Positions 18,714 to 27,894 are shown, numbered from the stretch's first letter. The stretch: 33,729 bases of DNA from Deltaproteobacteria bacterium (GCA_013205415.1 JABMMY010000058.1:1-33729); one strand, 5' to 3'. Notes: generated by a model from the sequence alone, not told the origin. Numbers and translations: made by a program.

Positions 18714-19913
18714 ATGATCTCTAGAATCATTATTCTTTCCTCCTTAGGTTACTTCGTTGATATTTTAGACCTGTTTCTTTTCTCTGTACTGAGACGCTCC
18801 AGTCTTCTTGCTATTGGAGTTAGAGAGGCCGATCTTTTTACCCAAGGCATTTTTCTTCTCAATATGCAAATGGGCGGGCTTATTGTCGGCAGTTTTATCT
18901 GGGGGATTTTAGGGGATAAAAAGGGACGGGTTAAGGTTCTTTACGGTTCTATTCTTCTTTATTCTGTCGCTACACTTCTTAATGCCTTTGTAACTAATAT
19001 TCCCCAGTATGCTTTTTTAAGATTTATTGCAGGGGTGGGTCTGTCGGGTGAACTAGGGGCTGCTATTACTTTAGTCAGTGAGAGCATGGACTCAAAAAAA
19101 CGGGGCCTTGGAACTATGACGGTAGCAGGATTTGGTCTCATGGGAGGAATGCTAGCGGCTTTGTTATCGGAATTTTTTTCTTGGAAAGTTTGCTATGTGA
19201 TAGGGGGAATGATTGGTATTGCCCTACTACTTTTTCGTGTTTCACTTCCAGAGCCCGAGCTTTTTAAGGAGATCTCTCAGAACAAAAATAGAGGGGACCT
19301 TCGATTGTTATTTCGATCCCCTAAAAGAGTGTTGAAATTTTTAAACCTAGTTTTACTTGGACTTCCTATTTGGTTTAATAGCGGTATTTTAATGATCTTT
19401 GCTCCTGAATTTGGAAAAGCACTTTCGATTTCTGGTGAACCTATCACCGCTTCAAAATCGGTTTTGTATTCTTACTTTGGTGTTGCGCTAGGAGATTTTG
19501 TATCGGGAGCGCTCAGCCAGTGGGTCAAATCACGCAAGAAAATAGTCATTCTATTTATTGTACTATTAACTGTATCTATCGCCTGTTATTTAACAGCCCA
19601 TCAAAGGTCTCAATTTTATTTTTACTCGATCTGTTTTGTGTTGGGGTTTTTTGCGGGCTATTGGGCTCTATTAGTGACAATGACCGCGGAAAGTTTTGGC
19701 ACCAATCTAAGGGCTACAGTCACAACTCTTGTTCCTAATTTTGTTCGCGCTTCGGTGATACCTCTTTCATTTTTATTTGAGTTTTTAAACCAAAGTATGG
19801 ATGTGATAACTGCGGCCTCTTATGTAGCGGTAGTCGCAGTTTTATTTGCAGTTCTCGCCGTCGTTCAATTACCAGAAACCTTTGGTATCGAATTGAAGTT
19901 TCTAGAGGAGTAG
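18714..19913 (+). CDS. MFS transporter; substrate unknown
   Basis: It has about 12 hydrophobic segments. The MFS loop 2-3 motif is GDKKGRVKV. Confidence 0.8.
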   Translation: MISRIIILSSLGYFVDILDLFLFSVLRRSSLLAIGVREADLFTQGIFLLNMQMGGLIVGSFIWGILGDKKGRVKVLYGSILLYSVATLLNAFVTNIPQYAFLRFIAGVGLSGELGAAITLVSESMDSKKRGLGTMTVAGFGLMGGMLAALLSEFFSWKVCYVIGGMIGIALLLFRVSLPEPELFKEISQNKNRGDLRLLFRSPKRVLKFLNLVLLGLPIWFNSGILMIFAPEFGKALSISGEPITASKSVLYSYFGVALGDFVSGALSQWVKSRKKIVILFIVLLTVSIACYLTAHQRSQFYFYSICFVLGFFAGYWALLVTMTAESFGTNLRATVTTLVPNFVRASVIPLSFLFEFLNQSMDVITAASYVAVVAVLFAVLAVVQLPETFGIELKFLEE

Positions 19914-19918
19914 AGAGG

Positions 19919-20725
19919 TTATTTGTGTCGTCCAGTTAAGAATTGAAAAACAGGATTACGCTGGAAGACACCTCGAGTTCCATCATAATGACAGGTTAAA
20001 CAGGAGTAAGGAACTGGGGCGCTTACTTTTTTTCCGTTTTGAGAATGAAATAAGGAGGTTTGAGTTAATAGGCCTTTCTGATCGTAAGCAAAAAAATCAA
20101 ATTGTCCGCTCAAATCTTCTCTCGAAATAATAAGTTCCGTTTCTCTTACCGTATCATCGGAAATAACATGAGTTTCTGAAATTGAGATCTCTGGTAAATC
20201 ACTGGGACTGCGATAGATAGTTCTCTGGGTCCCTTTCACTGAACTGACCTCAATCACCTCCCTATTCCAACTGTGATAGGAGAATTGGCTTTGTAATTGG
20301 TTTACATTTTCAGGAACTGGAAAACGGGAGTGGTGCAAATGCCTAGCATTTAGAGTCGGTTGAGTAGCTAACAAATTTTTTAGTAGTTCAAAAACAGATG
20401 CCGAAGTTTCCTGTCGACTCGCCTCTTTAAAAACAGTTAAGGCTTCGGGTGCTAAAGAGGCGGCTGGAATAAAGGCCCAATCTATTTTTTGGGGTGGGTG
20501 ACTCTCGATGACAGACAAACTTTCCTCGAGGGGATTTAAAAAAAGGGTCATCATGTAAATAAGGGTATCTCGGGTTCTATTAGGAAAAGGGATTAACTTA
20601 GTGACCCTACGTTTATTGGGAATGGGAATAATAAAGTTAGACTCATTAAATTCGATCGCGAACCCATGACCACTTATCAGCAAAACCCATACGAGATAAA
20701 GCCTAAATTTCCCCAACATCCACAT
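19919..20725 (-). CDS. Exported hypothetical protein with a single C-terminal CxxCH motif; possible mono-haem c-type protein
   Basis: The N-terminal signal-like segment is MWMLGKFRLYLVWVLLISGHGFA. CLTCH lies at 19988-20002, 22 residues from the C-terminus. I recognise no other family signature. Confidence 0.5.
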   Translation of the reverse strand: MWMLGKFRLYLVWVLLISGHGFAIEFNESNFIIPIPNKRRVTKLIPFPNRTRDTLIYMMTLFLNPLEESLSVIESHPPQKIDWAFIPAASLAPEALTVFKEASRQETSASVFELLKNLLATQPTLNARHLHHSRFPVPENVNQLQSQFSYHSWNREVIEVSSVKGTQRTIYRSPSDLPEISISETHVISDDTVRETELIISREDLSGQFDFFAYDQKGLLTQTSLFHSQNGKKVSAPVPYSCLTCHYDGTRGVFQRNPVFQFLTGRHK

Positions 20726-20796
20726 ATTTCAATTTGTAAGGGAGGCTGGTGGCACTGTCAAAGAGTCGTTAATCTCTTGTTAGGGCTGGCAACATC

Positions 20797-20825
20797 TTGC
20801 AGAATAAGCAAACTCTAGATAAAGT
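20797..20825 (+). promoter_or_regulatory. Candidate sigma70-type promoter for tRNA-Arg
   Basis: TTGCAG (20797-20802), a 17-nt spacer, then TAAAGT (20820-20825). The -10 element ends 12 nt upstream of the mature tRNA 5' end. This is pattern match only. Confidence 0.3.
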
Positions 20826-20837
20826 CTCCCGATATCT

Positions 20838-20909
20838 GTCCCCGTAGTTAAATGGATATAACGAGGGATTCCTAATCCCTAATTACAGGTTCGATTCCTG
20901 TCGGGGGCA
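20838..20909 (+). tRNA. tRNA-Arg (anticodon CCT)
   Basis: I folded the cloverleaf by hand. The acceptor is GTCCCCG/CGGGGGC with one G-U pair. The D stem is GTTA/TAAC with a GG-containing loop. The anticodon stem is AGGGA/TCCCT with loop TTCCTAA. The variable region is 4 nt. The T arm is ACAGG-TTCGATT-CCTGT. The discriminator is A. CCA is not encoded. Confidence 0.9.
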
Positions 20910-21437
20910 CATTCTTTTGCTGCGGCATAATTCACTCGATTAAAAAGGGCCGTTTATTAGATTTGATAAGTTCCCCCATCTTTTAAAATAGGGGTCGTTA
21001 GCTTAAAGGTTCACATTATGGAAGAATCATCATATTTACAGCTACATTCCTACTTTATTTGAATTATGTTTTTTGTCTCATTAGCTAACAATTGATTGTG
21101 TTGTTTTAAGCGAAACCTCTGCATTATTTAAAACTTAAGAAACATGCGAATGAAAATAAATTCCATTGCCTAAGAACTGGTCACCTTAACCTCCTGAAAA
21201 CAATATAATAATGTTCCTGAGAGCCCACTCGTGCCAAAAAGTTCGTCAGTTGTCTAAGGTTCCTTCGACCGATCGCAGACTAAACGCATACAGAAAATTA
21301 CGGCGTAAATTCGAGAGTTTGTAACTCCTAGCCTAAGACGGCCCCTTCATTGCATTTATAAAAACTAATAGATAAAAAAGGTTTCCATTTAGATTGTGTA
21401 GCACGTTAGTGGGGACCCTACTTTAAGGGGCAACAAA

Positions 21438-22217
21438 ATGGTGAAGTACGTTTGTGGTTATATGCGTTTACTCGCATTTATTATCATTAGTCTGTCATTA
21501 GTAGCTTGCGGTAATAAACTATCAAATCAAAATTTACCCGAATCATCAGGAAGTATGATCGAACTTACCTCCGGTTTTCCTGGAGTTGGAATGGTCATTC
21601 TGCCTGAGGGAAATGGAATCTGCACAGGTACTTTTGTCAGTGATCGCGCTGTGCTAACAGCCGCTCACTGTTTGAATCTATCGGGTCGTTATAGTTTTGA
21701 AACCTCTCAAGGAACTATTTCTACCTATACAAAATTCGTGATGGGGTCGGGTTCGGTAGATGATGCTAATGACATTGGAATCTTAGTTTTCGAGCCAAAT
21801 TCAGCCTCTGGCGATCAAATTAATAATTTCGGAAATCAAGTATCGGAAGGACAAATACTCCGATTGGTGGGTATCGGTTGTAATAATTTAGAAACAAAAC
21901 GAGGAGCGGGGCTTAAAAGAACGGGTACCAATATGGTAGCCGGTATCGATTCCTATATAAATTTTCTGACTCCAAGAAGTTATGCACGGGGCATTTTAGG
22001 GCCTAGCAATCGGGCCGGTAGTTGTTTCGGCGATTCGGGGGGGCCCGCCTTTGCCGAAGTTAATGGAGAATTGGTAATTGTGGGAGTGACTCATGCAGGT
22101 GGGTATATTGGAAATAATATTATATCGGAGTACATCAATGTAGCTAATCGATCCGATAACAGAAACTGGTTAAGAGACCGTAACAACCAAAATAATTTAG
22201 GCATTCAGGGGTTATAG
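21438..22217 (+). CDS. Trypsin-like (S1) serine protease lipoprotein
   Basis: The RBS AAGGGG lies 7 nt upstream. The lipobox is SLSLVAC-G. The catalytic motifs are LTAAHC, NDIGILVF and CFGDSGGPAF. Confidence 0.8.
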   Translation: MVKYVCGYMRLLAFIIISLSLVACGNKLSNQNLPESSGSMIELTSGFPGVGMVILPEGNGICTGTFVSDRAVLTAAHCLNLSGRYSFETSQGTISTYTKFVMGSGSVDDANDIGILVFEPNSASGDQINNFGNQVSEGQILRLVGIGCNNLETKRGAGLKRTGTNMVAGIDSYINFLTPRSYARGILGPSNRAGSCFGDSGGPAFAEVNGELVIVGVTHAGGYIGNNIISEYINVANRSDNRNWLRDRNNQNNLGIQGL

Positions 22218-22328
22218 AGGAGTTTTCGAAATGGTCGATAAGACCAGAACTCCACCTAACGGGGCAAAAAGGCGCAGTCTTCTCTGGCTAGCCCTGTTGG
22301 CCAGAGGATTGCTTTTGAAGTCACATCT

Positions 22329-23378
22329 ATGCGCCCATTCTTCTGGTTTTTACTTTTAAGTTATTCTGTTTTTTTTCAAATCAAAATAAGAGCCGAATCG
22401 GATTCCTTTTCAAAGGTAATTCGTATGGGATTGAATTCTAGCCGCACCCTAAAAATTCCACAGCTCAAGAGGGTCGCGGTCGGAAATAGTAAGATTTTAA
22501 AGGCGCAAACGATCTCCTCCTCCGAACTTCTACTCATAGGAAAAACTAAAGGTAGCAGCACCGTAAGAGTTTGGACGGAAACAGGAAAAGAATTTTTTTA
22601 TGAAGTGAGGGTTATAGCTTCTGAGGCAGAGAGTTCATCACTAGCTAATGATCGTGAGGTGGTAAAAGTTTCACTCGAATTTTTAGAGATGGATGAAGCC
22701 TTTAGTCAGATAAGCGGTTTTCGATGGCCCGATTCACTACAGTTTTCTGGTCTTGCAAATATCATTAGCAGTGCTTCGATGACAGGAGTGAATTATGAAA
22801 TGTCATTGGTATCAGCTCAGGGCTGGTTACATCATTTAGTAAAAGAGGGTTGGGCGAAAATAATTGCGAATCCTGAATTGTATGTGCGATTGGGCGAGGA
22901 GGCGGTATTTCATTCTGGAGGTGAATTTCCTGTCGCAACAAGCACCCAAAATTTAGGTGGAAATTATCGTCGTATCGAATGGAAGGAGTATGGCCTTACT
23001 GCAAAGGTACTTCCTCAAAGTGTGGATCGAATTCATATTAGCTCCGATATTAATTTAGAGATTTCTGAATTAATATCATCCCAAAATATCGAGGGCATTC
23101 CTGCTCTGAGTCGCCGAAGCCTTAAAACAAAAATGAGTTCACTTGACGGCGAAACTGTCATTCTTTCCGGCTTAATAAAGCAGAATTCTAAAAAAGAAAA
23201 GGAGGGAGTTCCTTTCCTGAGTTCAATTCCCTTAATAGGCCCCCTCTTTTTTACCAAGACCTCCGAGGGTTCAGAACAAACAGAGCTCCTAATGGCAGTT
23301 ACCTTCTCTATGACTACGAAGGCAAAAGAAAATGCAACTCGCCAGACCTTCAAAGAAAAAACAGAAAAATATAGGTGA
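22329..23378 (+). CDS. Short secretin, CpaC/RcpA-type (Tad/type IV pilus-like)
   Basis: It has a signal peptide. The N-terminal pilus-formation domain reads LKIPQLKRVAVGNSKILKAQTISSSELLLIGKTKGSSTVRVW. The C-terminal secretin signature is GVPFLSSIPLIGPLFFTK...TELLMAVT. At 349 aa it is short for a secretin. Confidence 0.75.
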   Translation: MRPFFWFLLLSYSVFFQIKIRAESDSFSKVIRMGLNSSRTLKIPQLKRVAVGNSKILKAQTISSSELLLIGKTKGSSTVRVWTETGKEFFYEVRVIASEAESSSLANDREVVKVSLEFLEMDEAFSQISGFRWPDSLQFSGLANIISSASMTGVNYEMSLVSAQGWLHHLVKEGWAKIIANPELYVRLGEEAVFHSGGEFPVATSTQNLGGNYRRIEWKEYGLTAKVLPQSVDRIHISSDINLEISELISSQNIEGIPALSRRSLKTKMSSLDGETVILSGLIKQNSKKEKEGVPFLSSIPLIGPLFFTKTSEGSEQTELLMAVTFSMTTKAKENATRQTFKEKTEKYR

Positions 23379-23384
23379 TCTCAT

Positions 23385-24362
23385 ATGCAGTCTTGTGAAC
23401 TTGTAGAAAAGCAATTCGTAGGAAAATGCTCGGTAATCATTCCTTTTTTTATTGACGATGAGATTACCGATATCGTCATCAATGGAACTAAAACAATGTT
23501 TATAGAAAAAGGAGGAGTGCTTAGCTCTGTAGTAACTCCTTTTGTAGGTCGCGAAATTCTTCAGGAGTTGATCGAGAGAATGATTATTCCTTTAGGAAAA
23601 AGAGTGGATGCCGCGCAACCTTATCTGGATGGAAGGCTAGCCGATGGAAGTAGGTTTCATATTATTTTGCCACCCATTGCAGTTGAAGGGCCTTTTATCA
23701 GTATTAGAAAACATCGTAGGGTTGGTAAATTAACTCTTCATGATTTTTGTCCTGAAAAAGCGGCTCTATTTTTAGAAAAAGAAACTTTGCGAGGTGCGAA
23801 TCTTTTAATTGCGGGGGGAACTGGGACAGGAAAAACGTCGCTACTTTCCTGTCTTTTACAGAAAGTTTCAAAAACCGAAAGAATCACAGTCATTGAAGAG
23901 ACCAAAGAAATTCAAGTGGACCATCCCCATGTCATTCATCTAGAGGCCCGTCCCGCTAGTCCCGAGGGAAGAGGGGAGGTGACTCTTCAGACCCTGGTTA
24001 AAAACTCGCTAAGAATGCGCCCCGATCGCTTAATTTTAGGTGAGTGCCGTGGGGGCGAAGCTTTCGATATGATTCAAGCGATGAATACAGGCCACCGAGG
24101 GGCTCTGGGTACCATTCACGCTAATAGTGCCTTAGATGCTCTGCGAAGATTGGAGGGGTTAATAATGATCTCTGGCGTTTCTCTTCCCTTACGAACGGTA
24201 AAAGAGTGGATTGCTTCAGCTATTCATGGAGTGGTTTATCTAGAGAAAACACAGGGGCAAAGACAAGTTGTCGAAATTATGAGTGTTAATGGCTTAGAAG
24301 GGGAGGTTTATAGAGTGACTCCTCGATATAAACTTCCGGCTTTAGCTCTTGCAACTTCTTGA
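23385..24362 (+). CDS. Type II/IV secretion-family ATPase (CpaF/TadA/VirB11-like)
   Basis: It starts 6 nt after the secretin stop, with a GGTGA RBS. Motifs are ITDIVINGT, Walker [10 protein letters not shown], Walker B/Asp box [15 protein letters not shown] and His box [14 protein letters not shown]. At 325 aa it lacks the long N-terminal region of typical CpaF proteins. Confidence 0.85.
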   Translation: MQSCELVEKQFVGKCSVIIPFFIDDEITDIVINGTKTMFIEKGGVLSSVVTPFVGREILQELIERMIIPLGKRVDAAQPYLDGRLADGSRFHIILPPIAVEGPFISIRKHRRVGKLTLHDFCPEKAALFLEKETLRGANLLIAGGTGTGKTSLLSCLLQKVSKTERITVIEETKEIQVDHPHVIHLEARPASPEGRGEVTLQTLVKNSLRMRPDRLILGECRGGEAFDMIQAMNTGHRGALGTIHANSALDALRRLEGLIMISGVSLPLRTVKEWIASAIHGVVYLEKTQGQRQVVEIMSVNGLEGEVYRVTPRYKLPALALATS

Positions 24363-24421
24363 GACTTATGCCAAATTGCCATTCTTCGTTTTTAAGAAGT
24401 GACACAGGAGTAATGACATTC

Positions 24422-24631
24422 ATGAAATCCGAAATTCATCCAGAATATTTTGAAACAACAATACGATGTGTTTGTGGAAATGAGATTCTCACTCGCGCTA
24501 CAAAAAAAGACATTCGCGTTGAGATTTGCTCAGCCTGTCATCCACTTTACACTGGAAAACAAAGGCTTGTAGATACTGAAGGTCGCGTAGAGCGCTTCAT
24601 GAAAAAATACGGCACCAAACGTTCCTCTTAA
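24422..24631 (+). CDS. rpmE: 50S ribosomal protein L31, Zn-ribbon (type A) form
   Basis: The sequence reads [49 protein letters not shown] chose the ATG at 24422, with AGGAG 11 nt upstream, over the track start at 24359. Confidence 0.93.
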   Translation: MKSEIHPEYFETTIRCVCGNEILTRATKKDIRVEICSACHPLYTGKQRLVDTEGRVERFMKKYGTKRSS

Positions 24632-24649
24632 TTGGTGTGTAGCACTTAA

Positions 24650-25720
24650 ATGTTTCATAAATTAGACGAAGTTGAGGCGCATTTTCAAGATATCGAAGTG
24701 CGTTTGACCTCTCCTGCTATCGCTTCAAATCAAAGTCTTTGTCAAAAGTTAAGCAAAGAGCACAGTAACCTTCAGCCTCTTGTACAAACTTATCGTGAGT
24801 ATCGAAAATTACGAACCGACTTTTCGGCTAATGAAATTTTAATCAGAGAAGATTCTGGTGAATTAAAGCAGATGGCCCTAGAGGAAAATTCATTTCTTGA
24901 GGCAGAAATTGCGAAATTAGAACGACGACTGAAGATTCTTTTACTGCCTAAAGATCCTAATGATGACAAAAATATCATGCTTGAAATTCGTCCAGCTGCC
25001 GGTGGGGATGAGGCCGGTATTTTTGCGGGTGATCTTTTTAAAATGTATTCGAAGTTTGCCGAGAGCAAAAGATGGAATATTGAAGTGATGGAGATTACGT
25101 CGAATGATGTAGGCGGGTTTAAGGAAATTATTCTCATGATTCGAGGGGATAAAGTTTATAGTGTTTTAAAATATGAGAGTGGAGTTCATCGCGTTCAGAG
25201 AGTTCCTAAGACGGAAACTCAAGGACGTATTCACACTAGCACCGTCACCGTGGCCATCATGCCTGAAGCAGAGGATGTAGAGGTGAATATCGATCCTAAC
25301 GAACTTCGCATCGATGTGTTTAGAAGCTCAGGCCCTGGAGGGCAGAGTGTTAATACCACCGACTCTGCCGTTCGCGTCACACATATTCCATCAGGTATTG
25401 TTTGTGTGTGTCGTGATGAGAAGTCTCAGCATAAGAATAAAGCTAAGGCACTCAAAGTTTTGAAAACTAGATTACTAGACATGAAACGTGGAGAGCAGCA
25501 CGCTAAAATTTCAGCAGATAGATTATCTCAAGTCGGTAGTGGCGAACGTAGTGAAAAAATTCGCACCTATAATTTCCCTCAAGGTCGTGTGACCGATCAC
25601 CGTATTGGTTTTACTATTCATCAGATCGATTCCTTTATGAGTGGTGATATTGATCCTATGATTTCTAGTCTTTTGGCTTTTTATGAATCTGAAGCGCTGA
25701 AAAAACAAACGGCTTCATGA
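24650..25720 (+). CDS. prfA: Peptide chain release factor 1
   Basis: The RF1-type PxT tripeptide context is QRVPKTETQGRIHTST. The GGQ motif is SGPGGQSVNTTDSAVR. The length is 356 aa. Confidence 0.95.
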   Translation: MFHKLDEVEAHFQDIEVRLTSPAIASNQSLCQKLSKEHSNLQPLVQTYREYRKLRTDFSANEILIREDSGELKQMALEENSFLEAEIAKLERRLKILLLPKDPNDDKNIMLEIRPAAGGDEAGIFAGDLFKMYSKFAESKRWNIEVMEITSNDVGGFKEIILMIRGDKVYSVLKYESGVHRVQRVPKTETQGRIHTSTVTVAIMPEAEDVEVNIDPNELRIDVFRSSGPGGQSVNTTDSAVRVTHIPSGIVCVCRDEKSQHKNKAKALKVLKTRLLDMKRGEQHAKISADRLSQVGSGERSEKIRTYNFPQGRVTDHRIGFTIHQIDSFMSGDIDPMISSLLAFYESEALKKQTAS

Positions 25721-26565
25721 CTTTAGAATCTTTTGTCAATTTAGGGAAAAAAAGAATTGAAGAGTCAGGGATCCAGTGTGCCGATCCGATGCTGCATATG
25801 AAACAGATTTTAGGCGCTTCAATCTCATTAGATTCCATTCAATTTTATAGTCGATGGCAAGAGCCCTTAACTGAAAATGAATTTCAATTAGCCAATCAAT
25901 TACTAGAGCGACGTTTGAAGGGGGAGCCTTTTCAATACTTAGTGGGATATGAATGGTTTTGGCATTCGCAATTTGAAGTGGGACCCGGAGTTTTAATTCC
26001 ACGGAAAGAAACGGAACATTTAGTAGAAGAATTATTAAAGTGTCGCGATTTGAAAACGATTCAAGTCGGAGAGCTAGGAGCGGGTTCTGGAAATATTGGA
26101 ATTTCTATTTTATTAGAGCGACCCGCTTGGCAATGGCATGGGTTTGAGATTAATCCTGAATCTGTTCCTTATTTGGGAAAAAATGTAGGCCAGTTATTAC
26201 CCTTGGATGCAAAGTATTTCATTCATGAAGGAAACTTTTTTGAACTGGCCAAAGACTGGGCTCCCTACGATGTGGTAGTTTCTAACCCTCCTTATATTGC
26301 GGCCTCTGAAGTAAAAAAATTAAGTCAAGAGGTGCAGTGTGAACCTAAATTAGCTTTAATAGGTGGTGAGCTGGGGACGGAGATCTTTAAACACCTAGCA
26401 GTCAATAGTTTTCAGCTCTTAAGGCCACAGGGGCTATTCCTATCCGAAATTGGAAGTGATCAGGAGATTGCGGCTAAAGAAATTTTAATGAAATCAGGTT
26501 TTCAATCGGTTGAAGTTTTGAGAGATTACGCAGGACACCCAAGGATTGCGAAAGGGATTAAATAG
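25717..26565 (+). CDS. prmC: Release-factor glutamine N5-methyltransferase
   Basis: An ATGA overlap joins it to the prfA stop. Motifs are LIPRKETE, the SAM motif ELGAGSGNIG, and the catalytic VVSNPPYI (NPPY). Confidence 0.9.
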   Translation: MTLESFVNLGKKRIEESGIQCADPMLHMKQILGASISLDSIQFYSRWQEPLTENEFQLANQLLERRLKGEPFQYLVGYEWFWHSQFEVGPGVLIPRKETEHLVEELLKCRDLKTIQVGELGAGSGNIGISILLERPAWQWHGFEINPESVPYLGKNVGQLLPLDAKYFIHEGNFFELAKDWAPYDVVVSNPPYIAASEVKKLSQEVQCEPKLALIGGELGTEIFKHLAVNSFQLLRPQGLFLSEIGSDQEIAAKEILMKSGFQSVEVLRDYAGHPRIAKGIK

Positions 26566-27833
26566 TGGATTCATTAATCATTGAGGGCCCCTCTAAACTA
26601 TCTGGAATTGTGGATGTGAGTGGATCAAAAAACTCTGCGTTGCCTCTACTTTTTGCCTCTATTTTATTTGATGAAAAGGTAACTTACGAAAATATTCCTC
26701 GTCTGTGGGATATCGAAAGTACATTATCTCTTTTGAGAATTATGGGCTGTGCAACGGAGTGGGCTAAAGAGTTGGGAAGAGTTTCTATTTTTCCAACGAT
26801 TACAAAAAAAGAGGCGCCCTACGAACTGGTAAAAAAGATGCGCGCTGGAATTTTAGCGTTGGGTCCTTTAGTGGCAAAATATGGTGAAGCCAAAGTAAGT
26901 TTGCCCGGAGGGTGTGCGATTGGTGCTCGGCCTGTCAATTACCATATTGAGGCCTTAAGAAAAATGGGTGTCACCGTCGAGGTTGAAGAGGGGTATATCC
27001 ACGCCACCGTAAAAAATAAACTTGTAGGAGCTGAAATATTTTTTCCTGAAGTGACCGTCACGGGAACTGAAAATCTTCTTTATGTGGCTGTAATGGCCGA
27101 GGGCACGACCCTTTTGCAAAATGCGGCCTGCGAACCGGAGGTGGTGGCTTTAGGAGAATTTTTAAAAAGTTGTGGAGCTAAAATTTCCGGATTGGGAACT
27201 CAGACGGTGACTATTCAAGGGTCTAAATTAAAGAGTCCAGTAAAACCGATTGCGATACCGCCCGATCGTATTGAAGCGGGTACCTGGATTTCAATTTCAT
27301 TAGCTACCCGTTGTCCTCTAGAATTAAACCATTGTGATTCTTCTCAGATGACCAGTGTGCTCTCCGCATTTCGGCAGATGGGGGCTAAGATTGAAGAATT
27401 AAATCAAGGCACTATCTTAAAAATAACTCCAGCAGACAAATATTTGCCTCTGCATATTGAGACCGCTCCCTATCCTGGATTTCCTACCGACATGCAGGCC
27501 CAAATCTTAACTTTGCTTTGCTTGGCTGAAGGAAGATCTACCGTAGTAGAAAGTATTTTTGAAAATCGTTTTATGCACGTGGCCGAATTACAAAGGTTGG
27601 GAGCTAAAATAGAGGTGAATGGAAATATAGCCAGTATCGAGGGCCCTGTTAAATTTCAGGGAGCTCCAATTATGGCCACCGATCTACGAGCCAGTGCGTG
27701 TCTAGTTTTGGCAGGATTAATTTCTAAAGGAACCACTCGAGTGAGTCGCATTTATCACCTCGATAGAGGCTATCAAAGACTCGATGAAAAGCTCCGTAGA
27801 CTCGGCGCGAAAATCACGCGTGTTGCGGAATAA
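26565..27833 (+). CDS. murA: UDP-N-acetylglucosamine 1-carboxyvinyltransferase
   Basis: The GTG start overlaps the prmC TAG stop by 1 nt. Motifs are SGSKNSALPLL, KMRAGILALGPL, the active-site Cys loop LPGGCAIGARPVNYH, and the C-terminal IYHLDRGYQRLDEKLRRLGA. Confidence 0.95.
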   Translation: MDSLIIEGPSKLSGIVDVSGSKNSALPLLFASILFDEKVTYENIPRLWDIESTLSLLRIMGCATEWAKELGRVSIFPTITKKEAPYELVKKMRAGILALGPLVAKYGEAKVSLPGGCAIGARPVNYHIEALRKMGVTVEVEEGYIHATVKNKLVGAEIFFPEVTVTGTENLLYVAVMAEGTTLLQNAACEPEVVALGEFLKSCGAKISGLGTQTVTIQGSKLKSPVKPIAIPPDRIEAGTWISISLATRCPLELNHCDSSQMTSVLSAFRQMGAKIEELNQGTILKITPADKYLPLHIETAPYPGFPTDMQAQILTLLCLAEGRSTVVESIFENRFMHVAELQRLGAKIEVNGNIASIEGPVKFQGAPIMATDLRASACLVLAGLISKGTTRVSRIYHLDRGYQRLDEKLRRLGAKITRVAE

Positions 27834-27894
27834 CTAAGACGCAGGTACTGTCTAAAAAATATAGGAAGATTCTTTTCAACAGGAGATCAAAAAA

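Noticed and set aside
20838-21437. A genomic island integrated at tRNA-Arg.
   Set aside because: There is no integrase, recombinase or phage gene, and I found no direct repeat of the tRNA 3' end within the window. I kept only the weaker 'unexplained spacer' observation.
24359-24421. An upstream extension of the L31 ORF ([10 protein letters not shown]...).
   Set aside because: L31 proteins begin MK.(E/D)IHP. The ATG at 24422 gives that N-terminus and has AGGAG upstream. The extension would overlap the ATPase stop.
24650-25720. A programmed +1 frameshift, as in release-factor genes.
   Set aside because: The frameshift is a prfB (RF2) feature. This gene is RF1 (PxT-type tripeptide, GGQ) and is a single uninterrupted ORF.
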